A DNA stretch of 64,000 nucleotides from Christensenella sp. UBA7862 (GTDB lineage Bacteria; Bacillota; Clostridia; Christensenellales; UBA1242), in NCBI GenBank assembly GCA_002500135.1, contig DLSM01000010.1, positions 69,063 through 133,062 on the forward strand, read 5' to 3'. Positions 1 through 8,415 of this stretch are shown here, in pieces; position 1 is the first letter of the stretch; each line of letters opens with the position of its first letter. The notes beneath the pieces were generated by a model that saw nothing but the letters and a program-made list of their open reading frames with translations, made no database searches and was not told where the DNA came from. The position numbers and the translations under genes are program-made.

Positions 1-393
1 GTTTTTAAGAATTTCATAAACTCTTTGTTCAAAGCGGCTGTTTGTATTGTAGTCCTTAATTTCAATGAGAAGAGGAGCTTTGCCGTCAACAAATTTAAGT
101 GTTTCTTCAAGTGTTGGAATTTTCTCGTCTGTGTCCATAAGGTTAAGAGTTTTTAGTTCTTCAACATTTTTAATTTTCTTTATGTAGCCGTCATGACCTG
201 TAAGACGTTTTAGCGTGTCATCATGAAAAACAACGGGCGTGCCGTCTTCTATTGGGTGAACATCCAGTTCTATTGCATAATCGTGGTCTATTGCGTTTTG
301 AAAAGCGGAAAGACTGTTCTCTGGGTGGGTGTCGTCATGAAGCCCACGATGAGCGATATATTTGTGAACAATCCAACTATTAAAAATCTCCAT
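1..393 (-). CDS. glycerophosphodiester phosphodiesterase (GDPD family), C-terminal part cut by window edge
   Basis: Own reverse-strand translation from ATG (complement of 391-393): MEIFNSWIVHKYIAHRGLHDDTHPENSLSAFQNAIDHDYAIELDVHPIEDGTPVVFHDDTLKRLTG... The HRG, ENS..AF and E-x-D motifs are typical of GDPD/UgpQ. Absent from the ORF track because it runs off the edge. Confidence 0.8.
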   Translation of the reverse strand, partial: MEIFNSWIVHKYIAHRGLHDDTHPENSLSAFQNAIDHDYAIELDVHPIEDGTPVVFHDDTLKRLTGHDGYIKKIKNVEELKTLNLMDTDEKIPTLEETLKFVDGKAPLLIEIKDYNTNSRFEQRVYEILKN

Positions 394-748
394 TTCTATC
401 TCCCCATAAAACGGATAAAATTTTATTTGATGATATGATTATAACATCTTTTGCCTAGAAAACAAACATTTTTTTGTAATTAGTATAAAAAATATTCAAA
501 AATTTGTTATAACCATGTATATAATTGTATGCTTATAGGAATTTTTCCATGAAAAGTGTGCGGGGAAATTTTTTTGAGATTTTTTTGAATTTTGTAACCA
601 AAAAGAAATTTACATAATAATATGAAGTAGAAGCAAAAGAAAAAAGTTGGAAGCACAAAAGACCTACATATTTTTCTTCTTGAGCCAAAAGAAAGACAAG
701 GTGCAAAGAGGGAAATCATACAAAATGAAAAAAATAAAGGAGATACAC

Positions 749-940
749 ATGAACTTTTTTGGAAACGGCTGTGGTGGCGGTGCATTTGGCGGAAATAATT
801 GTTGCTGGATTTTCATCTTGTTACTTCTTTGCGGGAATTGCGGAAATGGAATGAACGGATGCATTGACGTTTGCACACTTATTCTCTTGATACTTTTACT
901 TAGTGCATGCGGTGGAAGTTGTGGAAACACAAACTGCTAA
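749..940 (+). CDS. small Cys/Gly/Asn-rich protein with two hydrophobic segments (63 aa), resembling tiny-TM sporulation-type peptides
   Basis: ATG at 749 is preceded by AAGGAG (about 8 nt upstream). Product is MNFFGNGCGGGAFGGNNCCWIFILLLLCGNCGNGMNGCIDVCTLILLILLLSACGGSCGNTNC. A hairpin terminator follows directly. The longer ORF-track start (647) lacks an RBS. Confidence 0.6.
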   Translation: MNFFGNGCGGGAFGGNNCCWIFILLLLCGNCGNGMNGCIDVCTLILLILLLSACGGSCGNTNC

Positions 941-955
941 TAGCCACACAAAACA

Positions 956-986
956 AAAAGCGGGGACTTCAAATCTCCGCTTTTTC
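956..986. terminator. bidirectional intrinsic terminator between convergent genes
   Basis: GCGGGGA / TCTCCGC stem (one G-U pair), flanked by an A-run upstream and a T-run downstream. Lies between the stop at 940 (+) and the stop at 993 (-). Confidence 0.6.
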
Positions 987-992
987 ATGCGT

Positions 993-1736
993 TTAATTAT
1001 CCTTTTTAAAAATATCCTTTACGATTTCTACAACCCTCTCAAGGTCGCCAGCGTTTTTGAAACGGTGGTCGGCGTTTTTTATATAATAAAGATTATAACT
1101 CCTAAAATGTTCTTTATAATATTTCTCATTATCCACAACCGACACAACATCGTCCATGTCACCTTGAATGATGTCAATGTGTTTGTCAAAGGAACAATCT
1201 TTTAGCGAATTTTCTTTTAATTCTTCCAAGAAACTTTTATTTATTAAAAGAGGTCTTTCAAAGCCAAGGTCAATGTTTCCCTTTAAGTCGCATGGGGAAT
1301 AGCCATGTTCATTCAAAATATTTTCTTGCAAAACATCTTCCGTAAATATTGCTGGAGATTTTAAAATAATATGCTTGCAATCTATTTTATTTGCTCTTAA
1401 ATAATTTAACAACAGATATCCACCAAAACTTGTGGCAAAGAAAGAGATAGGCTTGCCGTTATATTTGTCCTTTATATATTGGATAACGCTTGACACATAT
1501 TCAAAGCATTTTGAAAGTTTAAGAAGGAAAGTGTCCTTGTCCGCTCCATGACTTGGTAAGTCAAAAGCAAAAACCAAAATTCCACTCTTTGTTAGTTCTT
1601 CTGCAAGAGCATAAATTGTGGAACTGTCCTTGTCGCCAGCAAAACCATGCAAAGTTATAAGCACTTGCTCAGTTTCTTTTTCTGGCAAAAAACTTCTGCA
1701 ACAAATTTCATTTAACCCGCTATCTGCAATTTCCAT
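993..1736 (-). CDS. alpha/beta-fold hydrolase
   Basis: LHGFAGDKDSS and a nucleophile elbow ATSFGGY (G-x-S-x-G) are present. ATG at 1736 has a GAGGTG RBS 7 nt upstream. The ORF-track start at 1766 is a GTG without an RBS. Confidence 0.75.
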   Translation of the reverse strand: MEIADSGLNEICCRSFLPEKETEQVLITLHGFAGDKDSSTIYALAEELTKSGILVFAFDLPSHGADKDTFLLKLSKCFEYVSSVIQYIKDKYNGKPISFFATSFGGYLLLNYLRANKIDCKHIILKSPAIFTEDVLQENILNEHGYSPCDLKGNIDLGFERPLLINKSFLEELKENSLKDCSFDKHIDIIQGDMDDVVSVVDNEKYYKEHFRSYNLYYIKNADHRFKNAGDLERVVEIVKDIFKKDN

Positions 1737-1925
1737 TTTGTTCACCTCTATACCACACTTTATCACAGAATGGGATTTTTATCAAAATAAAATATCATTG
1801 ACTTTTTGAAAAACTAATTCCCATAAATTGGAAAATTTTTGGAAAATTTACATATTTTGGAATTTTGTGCAAATGATAGAAATGTTGACAAATAAAATTT
1901 TTTGCAAACAACTTAATAAATACGG

Positions 1926-1954
1926 TTGACATATCTTTAAGTTTGTTATAAAAT
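1926..1954 (+). promoter_or_regulatory. sigma-A-type promoter candidate for the large surface-protein gene
   Basis: TTGACA (1926-1931), 17-nt spacer, TAAAAT (1949-1954). Confidence 0.4.
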
Positions 1955-2084
1955 TACCGTGCTTTAATCTTTTGGCTTGATTGCAATTTTTACATTTTTT
2001 TGCAAAATTAGCCACTTTTTGGGGCAAGTCAACAAATGTTTCCATACTTTTTGTTTGACAAATATATTTTTAGGAGAGAATTTT

Positions 2085-5000
2085 ATGAAGAGACTTAAAA
2101 AATTGTTCGCTGCTGGGCTTATGACTGTGGTTACAGGATTTGCTTGCGTTGGGAGTGCTGTTGCAAACTTTGCAAAGGCGTTTTTCTCATTCGGGTCAGT
2201 TAATGCTGCCGTTGGGGAAAATAAAAACACAAACACAGATTCCTCAGTTGTCAGAGGAAAAATTGTTACTGTTAGCAACTTCCCATCAACAGAAAATTTG
2301 GAGAGAGGCACAAAAATAGATTTGCCTTACCTTGGAGCAGAGGGCAGTGTTGCAGACGTAGCAGTTGCTAAAGACCTATCTACTACAGGTTTTGAAACAG
2401 ATGACCAACTTTATGCTGAAATCACAAACCCATATGGCGTAAAACTTACAAAATATGACAAGGCAGTTTCAACACAAGGCGATTATGGCAAAACAATAGT
2501 CACAACTGCCGGCGAAGGGCAAGTTTCCTACAACGAAACATCAAAGAAACTTGAATTTACTCCAGCAATCGCAGGACCTTACAAAGTTCAATATTATGTT
2601 AAGAACGCTGCAGGCACTTGGACAAGTTCACCAGTCTATGAACTTTCTGTTCAAAAGACAACTTACGGAATGGAAATGGTGGAAAACTCTGCAACAGTTA
2701 TGCCATCAACTGTTAAAGTTGTTGAAACAAGTGCAAAAGTTACAGTTGGGCTTCCTCTTGTTTATGATAAAGAGGGCAATCTTGTAACAGACGACATCGT
2801 TTTGGGCGACAAATTTGCTGAAAATGGCGAAGACTATTATTATGTTGCAAAATATGAAAGCAGAGCAACAGAAGCAAGCCCACTTAAACTTGGCGATGTG
2901 ACAAGTGTTTCTCTTTCTGACACAGTTCAAAATACTTATGCTGAATACAAAACTTACTATGTTAGAAAAGTGAAAGCATCAGAAGTCAATGCAAACTACA
3001 GATTGTATGTTGAAGCGGGAAATCAAACAAATGCAACAATTTCTGGCACAAAGACTGCCCTTAACTTTGTTGACGCTTCAAAAGTTACAACTGAAGGTGT
3101 TGCTTATGACCTTAACGCTTATGAATTTAATGCAAGCAAGGGAATTAACAGTATTCAATATAAACTTTGCATGAACAACGATTCTGCAAACCCAGCAAAA
3201 CCAGAAACTTATCTTACAAGAACAATTGAAGGAAAGTCAACCTATGACAACTCCGAAGTGGAACTTGGTGCAACCCCAGCCAAAAAGTTCCTTTCAACAG
3301 ACCTTGAATATGGCGAAAAGACATATCTTCCAAAAGTAAGTGCTGTTGACCTCAAAAATAACAAATCTTCTGTCAACGCTTTCTACTACTATACAGTTAA
3401 AGTTAAGACAAAAGACGGATACTCAGTTGACAAAGTTACAATGGGCAAGGACGAAAAAGGCTTCTACTTTATCCCACTTGCAGCAACTGGCTCAACTTAT
3501 GAAATCTACTACAATGTTCGTGACTTCTATGGCAACACTGTGGAAGATGACGACAATGCAGATTATCCAAACCACTATCAAGTGTCAATTACAGATAGAA
3601 AGTCCCCAACAGTTTCTTTCGCAAGAAGCTTTAACGGACTTGCAAGCGATATGGACACTGAAGACCTTACAGATTATTCTTATTCAATTCCAACAAAGGT
3701 CAAAATTGGCGACACAATCGCAGTTCCAGCAATCTATGCAAGCGACAACAGCGGCATAAGTTCAATCACTCGTTCTATCCAATCAAAGGACAAAACCTTT
3801 AAGTCCACAAAGGAAGGCGAAACGACTTCAACCAACGTTTCTGGAACAATTTATCTTACAAGACAAGATGGTTCAACTGCAACGAGTTCGGGCTTTACTC
3901 TTGGACAAACTGGCTCTACAATCAATGACATCGTCACATTTAGTGATGTAAGTTATGAAAACGGCTTTAAAGTTGTTAACAATGAATTTACAAAACAAGA
4001 CGGCACAGCATTTGAAAATGACGAATATATGCGTGCAAAGAACTCTCAAGTTGCTTTTGTTAAGATTGACGAAAAAGTGTTTGGAAAGGGAACATACACC
4101 TTGACACTTAACGCAACTGACAAGGCTTTGAACTCCAACTCATCTTCAAGAACCTATACATTTGAAGTTGTGGAAGACGATGTTGACTTTGGCACACCAA
4201 CTGTAACTTATGGAAAATCTACTGTAAACAATGTTACAAAAGACCAAGAATTCAAAATTGCAGTTCCAAAAATCTCTGACAACCAAACAACAAACCCACT
4301 TGTCAGATACTATGCAGTTGTTACAAACGGCGCAAATGTAACTTATCACCAACTTTCACTTGACGACAGCAAATCTAACATTGTTGTTAAAATGAATGAA
4401 ACAGTTGGCGAAACAAATAAGACTTTGTATGACCTTGCAGCAGAAACAACTTCAAGAAATTTTGAAATCAGAGCATATGTCATGAACTATGGTTCAAAAT
4501 TCTATGAAACAAACAGAGTTGCTCTTGCTGGCGCAACAAAAGCTCAAGCAGAAGAACTTATTTTGAACTGGTTTAAAGACAATTATGACGCCAAAGCAGA
4601 TGAAGAAAAAGACAAATCAGTTGCAATGGCAAGTTACAAGATTTCTCTTAAAAACCTTGACGACAAGGAAGCACCTGTTTTTGTTAATGAAACGGGAACT
4701 ATCTTCGACCAAAACACAGTTGAAGTTGAACAATTTAAAGAAATTGAAGTTAACGGCGTGAAATTCACAGACAACACTTCAAGTGCTTATGTTTATGCAG
4801 AAGTTAGAGATTCAAAGGGCAACATCTATGACTATTCAGAAAGAGGCTCTTTGGTCATTAAAGAAGTTGGCGGAAAATATGAATACACATTCCCAGGAAT
4901 TAAATTCACCCCAACAAATGCAGACAAAGAAAACTATTATACTGTAACTTATATGCTTCAAGACAGAGGCGGAAACACAGTTTCTTACTCAGTTGTCCTT

Positions 5001-6290
5001 GTTCAAGCAAAAGACAAACAAGCTCCAGTTATTTCTGGCGTTGACAATAGTGACGCTACAATCGAACTTGGCGAAACATTGAACCTTTATCAAATTGTGG
5101 CTACTGACAATCAATCTTCAGAAGACGAAATTACTTTGAACTTTGAAGTTAAAGATCAAAACGGAAAATATGTTAACTCATGGTGCAATGACTTCAACAG
5201 AACATTCACTCCAGAAGCAGTTGGCACTTACACAGTTTCTGTTTCTGCAACAGATAAAGATGGCAACACTTCGACAAAGAGTTCATTTACGGTTAAAGTT
5301 CAAGACACATTGAAACCAGTTATCAATCTTATTGGTGACACAACTGACGAAATCTCATATTCTGAAGAAGATATTGCAACTTCTTTCCCACAAGTTTCTA
5401 TTCCAACATTCACAGTTGCTGACCAAAAACCAGAAAATTCAACAGTCACAAAAGGCGGAATTTTCGGTGCAACAGGGTCAATCAAACTCTCTGCTCCAAC
5501 AAAGGGAAGCGACAACAAGAGTGAATATGAATATGACATGCAAGGCAATTTGAAAGACGGAAAAGACAGATTTAACTTCACACGTGTCGGCGATGTGTTC
5601 AAATTTACACCTGATGCAAGAGGAACTTATACAATCACTTACACAGCAACTGACCTCAATGGCAACAAGGCTGAAAACGAAAGAACAATCACAATTCGTG
5701 TTGGCGACACTGAAGCTCCACAAATCATCTTGACTTCAACTCTCAAAAACATTCTTGATTCTGGCTTCGTGCTTGGCGAAAATACAACTTTGAAAATCAA
5801 CACAAATGCAAGAATTTACTCAGAAAGCAACTATGATTCCGAACACGTTTATTTGAAAGATAACGTTGCTGGAATTGAAGGCTTTAACTGCAAAGAATAC
5901 AAAAACCCAGATGACGAAAGCGAAGTGCTTTATCACTATTATACAGTTGGCGTAACAATCACTGACGGCAATAGTTCACGAGTTTCTTCAACATCTGACG
6001 ACAATGGATACTTGACATTTGACTTTAAGTCTGCTGGAACTTACACAATCACATTTACAGCAACAGACAAAGCAGGCAACAAGGAAACATGGTCAAGACA
6101 ATTTAAAGTTGTTGCTCCAGATTCAACAACATCTGAAAAGACAACAATAATTGGAACAATTCTTATTGTTATCTCTGCAATCGTTCTTGCTGGCGTTGTG
6201 CTTTACTTCATCAAAGGCACAAAGATTGCCAAAAACAGAAAGAAAGGCAAAAAAGTTGACAACAAGAAGAATGACAAAATTGAAGCTTAA
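2085..6290 (+). CDS. giant cell-surface protein (about 1400 aa) with signal peptide, many Ig-like (DUF5011/HYR-like) repeats, C-terminal TM anchor and polybasic tail
   Basis: ATG at 2085 after AGGAGAG. N-terminus MKRLKKLFAAGLMTVVTGFACVGSAVANFA looks like a signal peptide. Repeated modules have the form D..APV(I/F)...TD..GN....F.V.V. The C-terminus is TIIGTILIVISAIVLAGVVLYFIKG followed by KIAKNRKKGKKVDNKKNDK. No LPXTG motif. Confidence 0.8.
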   Translation: MKRLKKLFAAGLMTVVTGFACVGSAVANFAKAFFSFGSVNAAVGENKNTNTDSSVVRGKIVTVSNFPSTENLERGTKIDLPYLGAEGSVADVAVAKDLSTTGFETDDQLYAEITNPYGVKLTKYDKAVSTQGDYGKTIVTTAGEGQVSYNETSKKLEFTPAIAGPYKVQYYVKNAAGTWTSSPVYELSVQKTTYGMEMVENSATVMPSTVKVVETSAKVTVGLPLVYDKEGNLVTDDIVLGDKFAENGEDYYYVAKYESRATEASPLKLGDVTSVSLSDTVQNTYAEYKTYYVRKVKASEVNANYRLYVEAGNQTNATISGTKTALNFVDASKVTTEGVAYDLNAYEFNASKGINSIQYKLCMNNDSANPAKPETYLTRTIEGKSTYDNSEVELGATPAKKFLSTDLEYGEKTYLPKVSAVDLKNNKSSVNAFYYYTVKVKTKDGYSVDKVTMGKDEKGFYFIPLAATGSTYEIYYNVRDFYGNTVEDDDNADYPNHYQVSITDRKSPTVSFARSFNGLASDMDTEDLTDYSYSIPTKVKIGDTIAVPAIYASDNSGISSITRSIQSKDKTFKSTKEGETTSTNVSGTIYLTRQDGSTATSSGFTLGQTGSTINDIVTFSDVSYENGFKVVNNEFTKQDGTAFENDEYMRAKNSQVAFVKIDEKVFGKGTYTLTLNATDKALNSNSSSRTYTFEVVEDDVDFGTPTVTYGKSTVNNVTKDQEFKIAVPKISDNQTTNPLVRYYAVVTNGANVTYHQLSLDDSKSNIVVKMNETVGETNKTLYDLAAETTSRNFEIRAYVMNYGSKFYETNRVALAGATKAQAEELILNWFKDNYDAKADEEKDKSVAMASYKISLKNLDDKEAPVFVNETGTIFDQNTVEVEQFKEIEVNGVKFTDNTSSAYVYAEVRDSKGNIYDYSERGSLVIKEVGGKYEYTFPGIKFTPTNADKENYYTVTYMLQDRGGNTVSYSVVLVQAKDKQAPVISGVDNSDATIELGETLNLYQIVATDNQSSEDEITLNFEVKDQNGKYVNSWCNDFNRTFTPEAVGTYTVSVSATDKDGNTSTKSSFTVKVQDTLKPVINLIGDTTDEISYSEEDIATSFPQVSIPTFTVADQKPENSTVTKGGIFGATGSIKLSAPTKGSDNKSEYEYDMQGNLKDGKDRFNFTRVGDVFKFTPDARGTYTITYTATDLNGNKAENERTITIRVGDTEAPQIILTSTLKNILDSGFVLGENTTLKINTNARIYSESNYDSEHVYLKDNVAGIEGFNCKEYKNPDDESEVLYHYYTVGVTITDGNSSRVSSTSDDNGYLTFDFKSAGTYTITFTATDKAGNKETWSRQFKVVAPDSTTSEKTTIIGTILIVISAIVLAGVVLYFIKGTKIAKNRKKGKKVDNKKNDKIEA

Positions 6291-6306
6291 TTAAGTCTAA
6301 AATAAA

Positions 6307-6338
6307 AAATCTCTCGGGCAAAACTGGGAGATTTTTTT
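6307..6338 (+). terminator. intrinsic terminator after surface-protein gene
   Basis: ATCTCTC-GGGCAAAACT-GGGAGAT hairpin followed by T7. Confidence 0.65.
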
Positions 6339-6378
6339 ATTTATTGAGTTCCATAAAGAAATTTTTCATAGACAAAAA

Positions 6379-6390
6379 AAACATATGTTC
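6379..6390. promoter_or_regulatory. candidate LexA (Cheo/SOS) box upstream of uvrB
   Basis: AAACATATGTTC versus the Gram-positive consensus GAAC-N4-GTTC, with one mismatch in the left half-site. It lies about 55 nt upstream of the uvrB ATG and just upstream of a TGaTATAAT extended -10. Confidence 0.45.
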
Positions 6391-6443
6391 AAAAGGTTGT
6401 TTTTTTTGAGAATAGTGATATAATACATCATAAGGAGAGTTTT

Positions 6444-8402
6444 ATGGCATACGACCTTCATTCAAACTTCAAATTGTGTGGCGACCAACCACAAGCAGTG
6501 GAAAGTATTGTTCGTGGCATAAACGAGGGACTGAAAGAACAAGTCCTTCAAGGTGTAACGGGCAGTGGCAAAACATTCACAATGGCAAATATCATAAAGC
6601 AAGTTAACAAACCAACCCTTGTTTTGGCACACAATAAGACTCTCGCAGGGCAACTTTGCAACGAGTTTAGGGAGTTTTTCCCAAACAATCGTGTGGAATA
6701 TTTTGTGTCCTATTATGATTATTATCAGCCCGAGGCTTACATTGTAAAAAGTGACACATATATTGAGAAAGACGCTTCTGTAAATGACGAAATAGACAAA
6801 CTTCGCCACTCTGCCACTTGTTCACTTTTGGAATCAAACAATGTTATTGTTGTGGCATCTGTTTCATGCATTTATGCACTTGGGGCGCCACAAGAATATT
6901 ATGACATGAGCATATCTATTCGCCTTGGCGAAGATTATAATAGGCAAGACCTTATCAAAAAACTTATTGAAATTCGCTACGAACGCAATGATGTGGACTT
7001 CAAAAGGTCAACTTTCAGAATAAAGGGCGACATTTTGGACATAATTCCGTCAAATTACAATGAAAAGGCAATCAGAATTGAGTTTTTTGACACAACGGTG
7101 GATAGAATTAGCGAGTTTGATGTTGTATCAGGAAAGACAATTTGCGACCTAAAGCACGTGGCTATCTTTCCAGCAACTCACTATGCCGTCAAAAGTGAAG
7201 AATTGCAAAAAGCCATAAAAAACATTGAAAAAGACAGAGATGAAGAAGTTGAAAAGTTTTTGGAGCAGGGCAAATTGCTTGAAGCACAAAGGCTGAAAGA
7301 GCGAGTGAGTTATGATATTGAAATGATGCGTGAAATTGGCTATTGCAGCGGGATTGAAAATTATTCCAGATATTTCGACGGGCGAAAACCCGGACAAGCA
7401 CCATTTACACTTTTGGACTACTTTCCAAAAGATTTTCTGCTTTTTGTTGACGAAAGCCACATAACCTTGCCACAAGTTAGAGGAATGTTTAATGGCGACC
7501 ACCAACGCAAAGAATCGCTTGTGAACTATGGCTTTAGACTGCAATCGGCTTTTGACAACAGACCACTTAACTTTGATGAATTTAATGAACGACTAAATCA
7601 AGTTGTCTATGTTTCCGCAACACCTGCAAAATATGAAATGGAGCGAGCGGAAAATGTTGCAATTCAGCTTATAAGACCAACGGGACTTCTTGACCCAGTG
7701 GTTGAAGTCCGCCCAACGAAATATCAAGTTGACGACTTGATTGAAGAAATTAACATTGCGACAAATGCTGGTGGCAGAGTTCTTGTAACAACATTAACAA
7801 AGAAAATGGCGGAAAGTTTGACCGAATATTTGACAAGTTTCAAGATAAAAACACGCTATATGCACTCGGACATTGACGCACTTGAGCGGCTTGATATAAT
7901 AAATGGGCTAAGGCGGGGTGTTTTTGACGTGCTTGTGGGCATAAATCTTTTGCGTGAAGGGCTGGACATTCCAGAAGTTATGCGAGTTGCAATTCTTGAC
8001 GCAGATAAAGAAGGCTTTTTGCGAAGTGACACTGCTCTTATCCAAACAATAGGGCGTGCAGCGAGAAACAGCGAGTCAAAAGTTATTATGTATGCCGACA
8101 CAATGACCGATTCTATGAAACGTGCCATTGATATTACAAACGAAAGACGAAGAATTCAACAACAATATAACGAAGAACACAACATTACGCCAAAAACTAT
8201 CATAAAAGACATTTCATCAACGCTTGAAATCACTTCAAAAACCAAAAAGACAGACGACAGCAAACTTTCAAGAAAAGACGTTTCAAAGGAAATTGAACAT
8301 CTAAAAAGTCTTATGGAAAACTGTGTCAAAAGCCTTGATTTTGAGAGTGCAATCAAACTTAGAGATAGAATTGGCGAACTAAAAATGATGTTAAACAACT
8401 GA
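6444..8402 (+). CDS. uvrB: excinuclease ABC subunit B
   Basis: 652 aa. Contains [10 protein letters not shown] Walker A, helicase motifs and a C-terminal UVR domain ([15 protein letters not shown]). Confidence 0.97.
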   Translation: MAYDLHSNFKLCGDQPQAVESIVRGINEGLKEQVLQGVTGSGKTFTMANIIKQVNKPTLVLAHNKTLAGQLCNEFREFFPNNRVEYFVSYYDYYQPEAYIVKSDTYIEKDASVNDEIDKLRHSATCSLLESNNVIVVASVSCIYALGAPQEYYDMSISIRLGEDYNRQDLIKKLIEIRYERNDVDFKRSTFRIKGDILDIIPSNYNEKAIRIEFFDTTVDRISEFDVVSGKTICDLKHVAIFPATHYAVKSEELQKAIKNIEKDRDEEVEKFLEQGKLLEAQRLKERVSYDIEMMREIGYCSGIENYSRYFDGRKPGQAPFTLLDYFPKDFLLFVDESHITLPQVRGMFNGDHQRKESLVNYGFRLQSAFDNRPLNFDEFNERLNQVVYVSATPAKYEMERAENVAIQLIRPTGLLDPVVEVRPTKYQVDDLIEEINIATNAGGRVLVTTLTKKMAESLTEYLTSFKIKTRYMHSDIDALERLDIINGLRRGVFDVLVGINLLREGLDIPEVMRVAILDADKEGFLRSDTALIQTIGRAARNSESKVIMYADTMTDSMKRAIDITNERRRIQQQYNEEHNITPKTIIKDISSTLEITSKTKKTDDSKLSRKDVSKEIEHLKSLMENCVKSLDFESAIKLRDRIGELKMMLNN

Positions 8403-8415
8403 TTAGAGGAGAAAA

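Noticed and set aside
507-930. Minus-strand ORFs (507-785, 664-930) and the long plus-strand extension from 647 overlapping the small Cys-rich gene
   Set aside because: No RBS, and low-complexity translations. The ATG at 749 with AAGGAG and a downstream terminator explains the region better.
749-940. Idea that the Cys-rich peptide is a RiPP precursor (sactipeptide, ranthipeptide or lanthipeptide)
   Set aside because: No radical-SAM enzyme, lanthionine synthetase, peptidase-transporter or other maturation gene lies nearby. The two hydrophobic cores look like membrane segments rather than leader and core.
1977-2084. N-terminal extension of the giant surface-protein ORF (ORF-track start 1977)
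   Set aside because: The extension has no RBS and precedes a classic signal peptide that begins at the ATG at 2085, which has AGGAGAG upstream.
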